A stretch of DNA of 64,000 nucleotides. Origin: Eledone cirrhosa (Eukaryota). A program made the translations under genes and the position numbers. Below, one piece after another: positions 13,551 to 26,073 of this stretch. The stretch lies in contig OZ024761.1 of the NCBI GenBank assembly GCA_964016885.1, forward strand, positions 21,452,001 to 21,516,000, read 5' to 3'. Each line of letters begins with the position of its first letter. The stretch's first letter is position 1. Under the pieces are notes generated by a model, which was not told the DNA's origin, did no database searches, and saw only the letters and a list, made by a program, of their open reading frames with translations.

Positions 13551-14849
13551 ACCTGGAAAAGACTGAGCCAGAATAAATGTCTTAACAATTTCATCAATAT
13601 TCAATAACAATGTATGATTATAAAGAGGATTATTGTCATGTTAATAATTTAAAAACATTTTTCTGTTTTTTTTTTTTTTCTTTTTTTTTATATTGGTGTA
13701 TGTAGACATATCTCTCATCTCAAATATAAAATGGAAATAAAAATTTGATCTATATGATGTCAGCTTCAATCAGTATCACACTGCTGAAATGTCTTACTCT
13801 GCCTTTTCTATAAATATTTTCATGAAAATTGTTCTGATGAGCTTTCCTCGTTGTTGCTTTCTTTTCACACTTAAAACAGAGCATTAGATTGGCAGCTATG
13901 TTTCATCATTTTACTGTTGAAGTTCCTAAATATAATTGTAAATTCTATTCTCATAAAATAGTATTGTGAGATATGTAATGTAAGACCGATAAGCTACAAA
14001 AAGCCAATACATTGCAGTAGAAATATATAAGGAGCAGAGAATGCCCTTTCTATATTTCTAGCTCGTTGTACCAGCTTTTTGTAGTTTATCAGTCTTTTAT
14101 TTTGATAGTCTCTTGCCAAAATGTTTACGAAGAAATTATTACAAATATCGTGTGTAATGGAAACTATAATGATTGTGGTGTTGCCTTGTTTGTGATGTTA
14201 GTAGTTGAAAGGAGTATTTTTTTACAGGTAAGAAATATGACTTGGGGTTAAATTTAGACTTTGGTGAGCTCCTCATACACAAAAATAAAAATAGAATACA
14301 CAGCAACCCCTCCAATTTTACATATCAAAGTTAGCATGGTGCAAGTAATTGAAATGTAATACATATAGGTATTAAATTAAAAAATTTTAACTATTCTAAA
14401 ACTAAAAAGCCCAGCTGAGAGCACAAATAAATTGCTATGGCTGTCGCTGGTGTGGGCCCCCACTACAGGGAGCCCTCAGTAATTGGTCCCCAATAAATCC
14501 AGCCCTGGTGTGAATGAGTGTTATAAAAAGGTCAACTATATTTTTATGTATGTAATGTAGTGTTAAAGTCTGTAGAAGGAAGAAATAGCGACGAGAATGT
14601 AAAGGGACATGAATTCCTTTGAAAATCTAATAACTGTTTCTACTTTTGGCACAAGGCCAGCAATTACCCCAGTGTATTACTGGTACTTTATTTTATCGAC
14701 CCCCGTAAGGATGAAAGGCAAAGTCTTGAACTCAGTCTGTAAAGGGACGTAACTGTGCTGCAAAGCATGGCGTCCGACCCTCTACCGATACTGCCAACGT
14801 CTGGTATTTGGCAAAATTCTGAACTCCAAATCTGGTGCCAAAAATAACG

Positions 14850-15020
14850 GCAGATTGTGATTGGCTGCTAACTAACCAATGGGTGGTGTTGAAAGAAAGC
14901 CAAAGTCTGGGAATTCTGCACCCAAAGTCTTGGTAGGTTGTGATTGGCTAACAGTGATGTCACTGAGTGAGTTCGTCTTGGCAACGAAACTGTCTGCCAA
15001 AACAATGACGTCACCACAAT
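14850..15020. promoter_or_regulatory. Candidate promoter/enhancer upstream of the TRMT2A paralog
   Basis: ATTGG 14860-14864, CCAAT 14876-14880, ATTGG 14943-14947, palindromic CRE TGACGTCA 15006-15013; ETS-like ACTTCCGGAA at 15527-15536; possible non-coding exon donor GAG|GTAAGA at 16037/16038. Motif clustering only. Confidence 0.4.
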
Positions 15021-16227
15021 TTAGAAAACACCTGACTGTCAGCCGCGGTGCAAACAAATTCTATTGTCAACCAGATCTGCCCTTCTTTACTCCTTACCCC
15101 TTTTTTCATTACTTAATTTTGTTATCTGGAAATATAAAAGATATATAGAGAGGAACAATTGACCCCTAGAACTAGACTGCTACTCCATTAATCGACCTTG
15201 AAAGTATTAAAGGCGAACTAGAATTGGGCAGGATTTGAATTCACAGCGCAGTAGTTGGAACAAATACCGCAAAGCATTTCTAACGACTCTGCCGATTATT
15301 TTTATTGGGGTGGGAGGCGTCGATTAAATTGAACCAGTATTTAACTGGTACTTTATTTTATCGATCCCTAAAGAATGAAAGGAAAATTGACCTCAGCTCA
15401 GTTTGAACTGGAGGTAAAGGGGGTTTAAATAAATGCTACAAAAACGTCCTTATATAGAAATACATAACGACAGGAAATTATGATTTAATCTGTTCTTGTT
15501 TGTCAATTAATTGGATAATTTGGTTTACTTCCGGAAACGATAACGAGGTAGGAGAGACGCGGGAATAATATTAAGGTTTAATAGTGTAGTCTTAGTTTCG
15601 TAATAATTTCGTCGGATAGAAATGAAAAATAAATATAGTAAAAACAATAAAATAATCATGAACAGTTAAAATAAATAATTATTACAACTTAAAACAAAAA
15701 AAAATTATCAAAAATATTTAAGATATAATTATTACAACTAAAAACATTAAAAAAATTGTAATAAACGTATGTAGAAATTTGTATGTATATATATATATAT
15801 ATATTTATTAGTAGAGGTATTTACATGTAAACTTAATTTTTTAAATATATGTATTAGTAAATGTTTATATTGTGTGTGTATGTGAGTAACTGTTTATATT
15901 ATATGTGGGTGAATGAGAGTGTGTGTGTCTTATAATATGTATGTGTATGGGTAAGACGTCTCCGCAGAGAATGGCTAGAATGTCTCTGCAGTGAATGGCT
16001 CCGTTTTGTTGTAGTCAATATTAAAGACGACATTGAGGTAAGAAAAAAATAATCACTTATATATGTATATATATATATATATACTGTTAATTTTTTCATG
16101 TTTAATGTTTGATATTAATATTTACTCTGATCATTCCCCATAACAGTTATTTATTCAACTTGTTTTTCAGTTATAATATACACACACACACGCACATATA
16201 TATGTATGTGTGTGTATGTATATATAT

Positions 16228-16253
<26 letters not shown>

Positions 16254-16258
<5 letters not shown>

Positions 16259-16440
16259 AACGGCTTCTACAGGACTAGAGCTGTTTCATTCAAAGAAATC
16301 ATCAAGGCTTTCATGATGATTTCTTTTGAATGAAACAGTTCTAGTCCTGTAGAAGCCGTTTCTATATTAAATTTGATGTTTACACTCTACTAATGTATTG
16401 AGTACCTTACTGTGGCTACCTCCGATTGAACCTGGGACTC
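16254..16440. mobile_element. Palindromic element in TA/CA microsatellite, third family
   Basis: ~50-bp inverted arms (TAGAAACGGCTTCTACAGGACTAG...) with decayed TGATGA..GAAAC core. Inverted partial copy at 47461-47580. Confidence 0.55.
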
Positions 16441-16611
16441 ACACACACACAACTCCCTCGAACTATTAAAATCTGCGATCTGACGCTAACAAATTCTCTT
16501 GCTGTTATTTTTGAAGAAATAAAAGGCATGATCGCCACTAAATCTCATCTCTACACATCTTAATTTTATGGCCTTGTGGTGCTTTAGTTATTATAATTGT
16601 ATATATATATA

Positions 16612-16646
<35 letters not shown>

Positions 16647-17062
16647 GTATATATATAACAATTTTATATTATATTTGCTTTGCAAGCAGCAAAACAATCC
16701 TACTTCCTCTTTATAAACTGTCTCAGGTATTCTTGTCTGTGATTCCAGGAATAGAAAGAAATGTCAAAATAATGGTTTCTGATTTAGGCACAAGGCCAGC
16801 AGGTGAGAGTCGATTAAATGGACACCAGTGCATTACTGGTACTTTATTTTATCGACCCCCGTAAGGATGAAAGGCAAAGCTAACCTCGGCGGGATTTTAA
16901 CATTGTGTTAAATTTAATCAATTTCCCCTCCACCAAAATTGGCCTTGTGCCTAAATGACAACCGATTATTTAAATCTGGAGGAAGGTGTTGTGTGTAGGG
17001 CCGTCACAGTGACTCTCAGACCAGTGGCATTTGGTGCCATGTCTAGAGGGTTGATGGTTTAA

Positions 17063-17435
17063 CCCTTTCATGACTACATCTCTAATGAAATACACTCTAT
17101 TTTGATTAATTAATGAAGAATTTTGAGTGATTTACTAAAATGATTAATTATTTCATTTCATTACTGAGATAGTAACTTAATGTAAGGTTCTTTCGTTTTT
17201 GTGGGTTTATGGCACCATATAAGTGTTTTGTGGCCTCCCCACGGCCCCGGTGGACAGAATGGAGAGGGCGTTTCCCCGGAGGACGGCAAGGGAGACACGC
17301 TGGAAAAGCCATTCCAACTCACGAGGCTCACACCTGCGGCTGGCCAGCTCAGCGCCTGTATAAAATTATGTTGGAATCCTTTAAAAATGGGTGGTTTTAT
17401 TTCATAGAACCAGAGCTGGGTTGGTAACTAAAGGG
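17063..17435. mobile_element. piggyBac-type MITE family B carrying a nested LINE fragment
   Basis: TTAA|CCCTTT...AAAGGG|TTAA. Related copy lacking the insert at ~8441-8660 (opposite orientation). Confidence 0.7.
17192..17356 (-). mobile_element. 5'-truncated CRE-clade-like (restriction-like endonuclease) non-LTR retrotransposon 3' end
   Basis: GC-rich insert; minus strand encodes GAELASRRCEPRELEWLFQRVSLAVLRGNALSILSTG...* followed by an A-rich tail. Confidence 0.65.
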
Positions 17436-17560
17436 TTAAGTAAGTCAGGGCTAGGCCAGCCTGAAGATTGAACACATGGGTGATGATAGATAGAAACTCT
17501 ACCCAGTGTCTACAACAGCTACCAAAGAGGTGTGATAGGTCGTATATGTCTAAGTTTTAA

Positions 17561-17781
17561 CCCTTGAGCATTTAAACCGGCCGTATCCAGCCAGAATTCT
17601 CTCACCTCTCTCTGTTCAAACCAGCTGTAACCGGACACTGATACTGATGTTAAGGTATTGTTCTCAAAATAAATAATATCAAAATCTCATAGACTTGATA
17701 TTATGTGTGATAATTATGTAAGATAAAGCCTTTACCATGAAAATACAATAGTATATATAGAGTAATATAAATGCTAAAGGG
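17561..17781. mobile_element. piggyBac-type MITE family A (reference copy)
   Basis: TTAA|CCCTT(T/G)AGCATTTA...AAATGCTAAAGGG|TTAA. Other full or partial copies at ~2830-3155, 5300-6610, 8670-9283, 19115-19319, 19650-19764, 28955-29349, 30308-30722, 45566-46398, 54759-54939, 58166-58383. Confidence 0.8.
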
Positions 17782-17839
17782 TTAAACTTTAAAATTTCTC
17801 TCTATCTCTTTCTCCCTGATTCTATTTTAGACTTCTGTA

Positions 17840-20800
17840 ATGGAGGCTGGTAACAACAACAGCAACAATAACAATGTAAGTAATTCAGTTTATATATTTG
17901 TTGGGGGGAGCGGGTTGAGGAAAGTATTATGACAGTTGTATGATTTTTTCACTTGCACATTTTCTTTGGTATGTGTTTCAAGATAAAATACACCCAGTAC
18001 ACTCTGTAAAATGGTAGTGTTGGTGTCATGATATAATACACCCAGTACACTGTTGAATGGTAGTGCTGGTGCCACAATACAATACACCCAGTCCACTCTG
18101 TAAAGTGGCAGTGCTGGTGCCACAATAAAATACACCCAGTCCACTCTGTAAAGTGGCAGTGCTGGTGCCACAATAAAATACACCCAGTACACTCTGTAAA
18201 GTGGCAGTGCTGGTGCCACAATAAAATACACCCAGTCCACTCTGTAAAGTGGCAGTGCTGGTGCCACAATAAAATACACCCAGTCCACTCTGTAAAGTGG
18301 TAGTGCTGGTGCCACAATAAAATACACCCAGTCCACTCTGTAAAGTGGCAGTGCTGGTGCCACAATAAAATACACCCAGTCCACTCTGTAAAGTGGCAGT
18401 GCTGGTGCCACAATAAAATACACCCAGTCCACTCTGTAAAGTGGTAGTGCTGGTGCCACAATAAAATACACCCAGTCCACTCTGTAAAGTGGCAGTGCTG
18501 GTGCCACAATAAAATACACCCAGTACACTCTGTAAAGTGGTAGTGCTGGTGCCACAATAAAATACACCCAGTCCACTCTGTAAAGTGGCAGTGCTGGTGC
18601 CACAATAAAATACACCCAGTACACTCTGTAAAGTGGTAGTGCTGGTGCCACAATAAAATACACCCAGTCCACTCTGTAAAGTGGCAGTGCTGGTGCCACA
18701 ATAAAATACACCCAGTCCACTCTGTAAAGTGGTAGTGCTGGTGCCACAATAAAATACACCCAGTCCACTCTGTAAAGTGGCAGTGCTGGTGCCACAATAA
18801 AATACACCCAGTACACTCACTCAAGTGGTAGTGTTGGTGTCACAATATAATACACCAAGTACACTCTGTACACCTTGTAAAGTGCTCCAGCATGGCCACA
18901 ATAAAGCCCATTCAATAGAGTGAAGGAATGTATAGAATGGAGATAAGGCCCCTTCTGTTTATCTGAGTAGTGTATGTCCTGTGTTAGGGGTCAGTAACAT
19001 TGATTATTTACTGACTAATTCTATGACAACCTGTCCTAACCCTTGATAGAGGGGGGAGAAAGGACAAAGTGAGGATGATGTGTATCATTGGTAGAAAAAG
19101 ATGGACAACAGATTAAATGTTTTAAGCGGACCATATCCGGCCAGAACTGTCTCACCTCCTGTTCAAACCAGCTGTAACTGGCCACTCATACCTATGTTAA
19201 GATATTGTTCTCGAAATAAATAACATCAAAATCTCATAGATTCGATATTATGTAAGATAAAGCCTTTACCATGAAAATACAATAGTAAATATAGAATAAT
19301 GTAAATGCTAAAGGGTTAATATACAGGTAAAATTCCATTATACCGTATTTTTTAGTATAATGACATTTTTTTCAACCCCCGGCCACATGCTCGATGTGTT
19401 TCGGTCTATCTCATTATAAAGAAATGTTATCCAACCATCTTGCTCAGGGTTTACCCTTGGGTCTCCTGCCGGTTGGTTTTGCCTGCAACCCCCTTCACGG
19501 GTTTTATTCCTCCTCCACAAATTTGTAACTTTGAATCATATAAGAATATTTTTATTTCTATTTTCTTTTATTAGACATCTGATGAAAGCCTCGAGTCCAT
19601 TGTTGCTAAACGTAAAGATGCCCCAGGTAAAATATTTTCTAATATTTTCTGTATATATAGAGTAAAATTGAATGCTAAAGAGTTAAAGTTGGTATGAGCG
19701 GCCAGTTGTACAGAAAGAGGTGAGTTCTGGCCAGATTTGGCCAGTTTAAATGCCAAAGGGTTAAACCTTGTCAATATTTTCCTGCAGGATCATCTCAAGA
19801 TCTCCCTGAGACCAAAAAATCTAAAATATCAACAGAAAGTTCAGCCACAGATAGTATATCAGCCGGTGAGAAGTAAGTGGTGTCACCTGTTTTTATTTGT
19901 TTGTAGTCCACACTATATAGTGGTCATGTAGGTGTCACGACAAAAGTACCCCTGTCCACACTATATAGTGGTCATGTAGGTGTCACGACAAAAGTACCCC
20001 TGTCCACACTATATAGTGGTCATGTAGGTGTCACGACAAAAGTACCTCTGTCCACACTATATAGTGGTCATGTAGGTGTCACGACAAAAGTACCCCTGTC
20101 CGCACTATATAGTGGTCATGTAGGTGTCACAACAAAAGTATCCCTGCACGCACTGTAAATGTGGTTAACTTTAGGTAGCGCCTTTGTTCTGTGTATAGAT
20201 ATAAATAAATTATATCATCATCATCATCATCATCGTTTAACGTCTATCTTCCATGCTAGCATGGGTGAGACGGGAATTGTCCCATTTGAGGTAAGATTGG
20301 TTGGGTGACCGTATCTCGCTTGTATCATCATCATCATCATGTATATATATATATATATATATGCTCACATGGAGAAATGGTTGTTAAATGTTGATGATTA
20401 TATATATATAGTATAAAGAAAGTTTCATACACTTAGCATTATAGTATAGAATGTACAGTATATATTGTATTGAAGATACATAGTATATCTAGTGTTCTAG
20501 ATAGAATATATAGTATGATATGATAGTCTACATAGAATATATAGTATGATATAGTAGTCTAGATAGTACATATAGTAACATATGGTAGTCTATATATATA
20601 TATAGTATGATATAAGTGCTTTAGAAGATTCTATCCACACCACCATCATCATCTAACAAATAAACATCTAACACAATTTTTATTAAATTGTTTATGTTTT
20701 TGTATATTTTCTCTTAGGGTTAAACGAGCCTTGCTGCCATTTTGTGATGTACCATATGAAGAACAGCTCAAGGTAGATAGAACCTGCTTTATTTGTTTTC

Positions 20801-23800
20801 TTTCTTTTGGCTTAGTGGTTAGGGTGTTGGTCTCACAACTAGAGGTTGTCAGTTGGATCCTTGGGCTGAGCTGAAAAAAAAAATAAGACATGGCTTCGTG
20901 TCACAACAATAAAGGGCACCCAGTCCACTCTGTAAAGTGGTTGTCTTGGTGTCATGATAAAGCACCTAGTCCACTCTGTAAAGTGGTTGTCTTGGTGTCA
21001 TGATAAAGCACCTAGTCCACTCTGTAAAGTGGTTGTCTTGGTGTCATGATAAAGCACCCAGTTCACTCTGTAAAGTGGTTGTGTTGATGCCATGACAATA
21101 AAAAGCACCCAGTCCACTCTGTAAAGTGGTCATGTTGGTGTCATGACAAAAAGCACCCCGTCCACACTGTAAAGTGGTTGTCTTGGTGTCATGACAATAA
21201 AGCACCCAGCCCACTCTGTAAAGTGCTTATCTTGGTGCCGTGATAAAGGGCTCCCAGTCCACTCTGTAAATGCGAAATATGAGGCTATGAAGGAACACAA
21301 CAACTAGGGAGATGCTGTACTGAAGAGGACCTGTGTATTGTTTTTATTTTCAACCTAAATATAGTTGAAATGCTTACTTTGTTTATTTTCAGCGCAAAGC
21401 TTCTGACATCAGAGATGCCATGGTGAAGTTTAGCTGGGAAATCCACCGCACTTGCCCAAAATGGAGGAACTGGCTCAAGGAACAAATGGAAGAACACTCT
21501 GGAGTCCTTTGCAAGATTGAACAGATAAGGCCTTCCCCTGTGTTGAACGGCTACCGCAATAAATCTGAATTCACCATCGCTAGCAGTTCTAACGGTACTC
21601 AAGAAAGAATAGTCGGCTTCCGAGTTGGTAGTTACCGCGATGGCTCCAGTGTGGTTGGCGAGCCCTATGCCTGTGACAACCTGCCAGACTCCATGAAGCT
21701 CATAGCTAAAGTATTTCAACAGTATGTCCGCCAGAGCAAGTATGACGTCTACAATGACCAGACACATGATGGCCATTGGCGGCAGCTGATTGTTCGGACA
21801 TCCAGCCAAAACGACATCATGATCATTCCCGTCTTTTACGCTCAGTTTCTCTCAGACGTAAGTAACTTCATTCCTTTCTTTCTTATTCTTCTCCTTTCTC
21901 TCCTTCTTATTCTCAGACGTAAGTAACTTCATTCCTTTCTTTCTTATTCTTCTCCTTTCTCTCCTTCTTATTCTCAGACGTAAGTAACTTCATTCCTTTC
22001 TTTCTTATTCTTCTCCATTCTCTTCTTATTCTCAGATGTAAGTAGCTTCATTCATTCATTTCTTATTCTTCTCTCCTTCTCCATCGTCTCTTTTGTCTCC
22101 TTCTTCAAATCCTTCTTCTTCCTTTCCTTCTCCTTCATCTCCTTATTCTCTTCCTTCTCCTTCTTCAAACCCTTCTCCTTCATCTCCTTGTTCTCTGCCT
22201 TCTTCATCTCCTTCATCTTATTCTCCTCCTTCTTCTAACCCTTCTCCTTCATCTCCTTATTCTCTCCTTCTTCAAACCCTTCTCCTTCATCTCCTTGTTC
22301 TCTGCCTTCTTCATCTCCTTATTCTTCTTCTCCTCCTTATTTTTCTTCTTAATCTCCTTCTTCGTCCCCTTATTCTTCTTCTTCTCCTCCGTCTATCCCT
22401 CCCTCTATCCACTCTATAACTACCCTCATCTTCATTGTTCTGTCAAGTAGAAGGTGAAATATTTAACAAAGTTTCCTTTCTTGTTAATTCCAGGAAGAAG
22501 TCAACGAAGAGAAAGATGTAATGACTGAGTATTTTTCTGTTGGAGATGGCGTTCAGTGTTCTGTCACGTCACTCTACTTCAGGTGTTTGAGTAACAGGTA
22601 GCTATACTGTCTTTCTTATCTACCTGTAACATATCTTACACACCTGACTGGATAATTACTGTTATTTGTTTGTTTGTTACAGTTGTCCCCATGTCTCTCC
22701 TGTCCCCACCTTCTCTCTTGACCCCAGCTTCTTCCCAACTGCTAAAAGCATCCAAGGTCCCTTTCTCTAAGAATTCCACCAGCCCACCACCCCAGGAGAC
22801 TGTTGCATTATTTCATCACCCTCCCTTTCTCTAAGAAATCTACCAGTCCACTACCCCAGGCGACTGTTGCATTATTTCATCACCCTCCCTTTCTCTAAGA
22901 AATCCACCAGTCCACTACCCCAGGCGACTACTATTTTATCTCCCATTTTACTAACAAACCCAGCCATCTACAGTGTCGTATTAATGTGGTTTCATATGGT
23001 TTGTTAATTCAAATGTTTATAGTATCTTTACTGGTGGATAGATTGTTGTGAGAAACAGTAAAGACTTTAATATTTAATGTGATGTAGTCATAGTGTTGTT
23101 TTGTACTAAATGTTTATAGTATCTTTACTAGTAGACAGATTGTTGTGGACATTTACAGTATTACAGTAAAGACTTTAATATTTAATGTGATGTAGTCATA
23201 GTGTTGTTTTGTACTAAATGTTTATAGTATCTTTACTAGTAGACAGATTGTTGTGGACATTTACAGTATTACAGTAAAGACTTTAATATTTAATGTGATG
23301 TAGTCTTAGTGTTGTTTTATACTTTTCAGTGTCTTGTTAATGTGGTTTCATGTGGTATAGGACGTTAAGAGTTAAAAGAATATAAGACTAGCTTCTAGTT
23401 TTTAAATATTTCACCTTCATTTTCTATTTCTCTCTAAATATATTTTATATTCTTTCTCGTTGTAGACTAGGAAGTTGTAGACAACACGCAGTCAATGAGC
23501 ATTTATGGGGTAAGAAGGTAAAATGATTTTGTTTCTATTTTTTTTCTCAACCTCTGGCTTATTTGTACAATTATTCTTGACACAAGCCATTTTAAACTAA
23601 TCATCGTCCATTTTCCCTGCTAGCAAGGATTGGGTGGGTTGTCACAGAACAAGTTCGTACTTCATCGGAGCTACTGATTTCTCAGAAGGTCTGGGACCTC
23701 ATCTCACACATATATATGTTTCCAAACTCTACAGAATGTGCCGTGCATGATAGCACCAGAACTAGGGAGGTTGTCATGTTCTTAACACAACTGAAGAGCC

Positions 23801-25763
23801 CTTGATCCTTTTTGGGGGCAAGGTTTCTACAGCTGGATGCTCTTCCTATCATCAACCACCTTACATGGTGTACTGGGTGCTTTTTGTTGTGTTACCAACA
23901 TTAGTGAGATTGTGCAATTGACACAACTGTACAATCCTCTCGATCCTTTTTTTAGCAAGATTTCTACAACTGGATGTCTTTCGAATCACCAGCCTTCTTT
24001 ACAGAGTGAACTGGGTGTTCTAGAGAGATTGTTATGTCCTTAACACAACTGAAGGGTCCTTCCATGATAACCCTTTTGATACAAAGCTGCCAGAAACCAC
24101 CTCAGATTATGCGATATAAAACTGTTTGTATTACTTTCAAGGTTGATAAACTTTAATAAATCTTTGTTTTATTTCTGTTTCAGTGGATCACAGAAGTATT
24201 GTTAGAGCTCAGCTTCCATATCTACCCTGAGACTTTCTTCTCATGTAAGTGTCCAGTTTATAATAATAATAATAATGAAATTATTGTGTACAGTGCTCAG
24301 GTGCACTACAACTCATCAACATAGAATATATACAAATGTCAGGGAAGTGAATAGAGAATAGAGTCATGATATACATGTGTATGGAGGGAGGATACCAGGT
24401 GTAGTGTTGGCGAATCTCGGGAAGCATGGAGGTTTTAAAGGATGCAGTGTCTCGACAGCTAACAACTGATGCAGGTAGTTTGTTCCGTGGAGGTTTTAAA
24501 GGATGCAGTGTCTCGACAACTAACAACTGATGCAGGTAGTTTGTTCCATGGAGGTTTTAAAGGATGCAGTATCTCGACAGCTAACAACTGATGCAGGGAG
24601 TTTGTTCCATGGAGATTTTAAAGGATGCAGTGTCTCGACAGCTAACAACTGATGCAGGTAGTTTGTTCCATGGACGTTTTAAAGGATGCAGTGTCTCGAC
24701 AGCTATCAACTGATGCAGGTAGTTTGTTCCGTGGAGGTTTTAAAGGATGCAGTGTCTCGACAGCTAACAACTGATGCAGGTAGTTTGTTCCGTGGAGGTT
24801 TTAAAGGATGCAGTGTCTCGAGAGCTAACAACTGATGCAGGTAGTTTGTTCCATGGAGGTTTTAAAGGATGCAGTATCTCGACAGCTAACAACTGATGCA
24901 GGTAGTTTGTTCCGTGGAGGTTTTAAAGGATGCAGTGTCTCGACAGCTAACAACTGATGCAGGTAGTTTGTTCCATGGACGTTTTAAAGGATGCAGTGTC
25001 TCGACAGCTATCAACTGATGCAGGTAGTTTGTTCCATGGAGGTTTTAAAGGATGCAGTGTCTCGACAGCTAACAACTGATGCAGGTAGTTTGTTCCATGG
25101 AGGTTTTAAAGGATGCAGTGTCTCGACAACTAACAACTGATGCAGGTAGTTTGTTCCATGCTTCAGCAACTCTGAACATGAAAAAATATTTCCGAAGGTC
25201 ATGGGAGCTGTGCTGTTTTCTGACTTTGTTGGCATGCCTGCGTGTGATAGACACATGCAATTCAAAAAGGTGCTCAGGGTTGTTGGCAAGATGGTTAATA
25301 ATTTTGTGGGTGTTTACCAAGTCCTCATTAGGGCCTGATCTTAGAGCTTAGGATGCCTGGGGCACTTCTAATTTGGGGGAAACCCCTCATGCATAAAAAA
25401 TTAGAATACACAGCAAACTCCCCAATTTTACATATCAAAGTTAGCTTGGTGCAAGTAATTGGAATTGAAAAATTATACTTCATACAGGTATTAAATTATT
25501 AAATTAAATGGCCCTGGTCGTCACTGACCATTACTATTCAATATTTTCATACTATCTGTAGCCATGTCTACAGTCTATTGTAATAAATTATCTTATTCTG
25601 AGCTGATATAAACTTTTTCACCTACACCTTCCCTTTTATATTTGAAAAACGAATTTCTTTATGTATATATATATATGTATGTATATATATATATGTATAT
25701 GTATATATATATATATGTGTATATGTATATATATATATGTATATATATATGTATATATATATG

Positions 25764-25794
<31 letters not shown>

Positions 25795-25941
25795 GTATAT
25801 ATATATGTATATATATATGTATATATATATGTATATATATATGTATATATATATGTGTATATATATGTGTATATATATGTGTATATATATGTGTATATAT
25901 ATGTGTATATATATGTATATATATATGTATATATATATGTA

Positions 25942-26006
<65 letters not shown>

Positions 26007-26015
26007 GTATATATG

Positions 26016-26073
<58 letters not shown>

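Noticed and set aside
12881-13597. Antisense 238-aa and alternate-frame 169-aa ORFs
   Set aside because: Shadows of the 36-bp coding repeat in TRMT2A.
17890-18824. Three overlapping 260-310-aa minus-strand ORFs
   Set aside because: 48-bp minisatellite with no stops on one strand; intronic.
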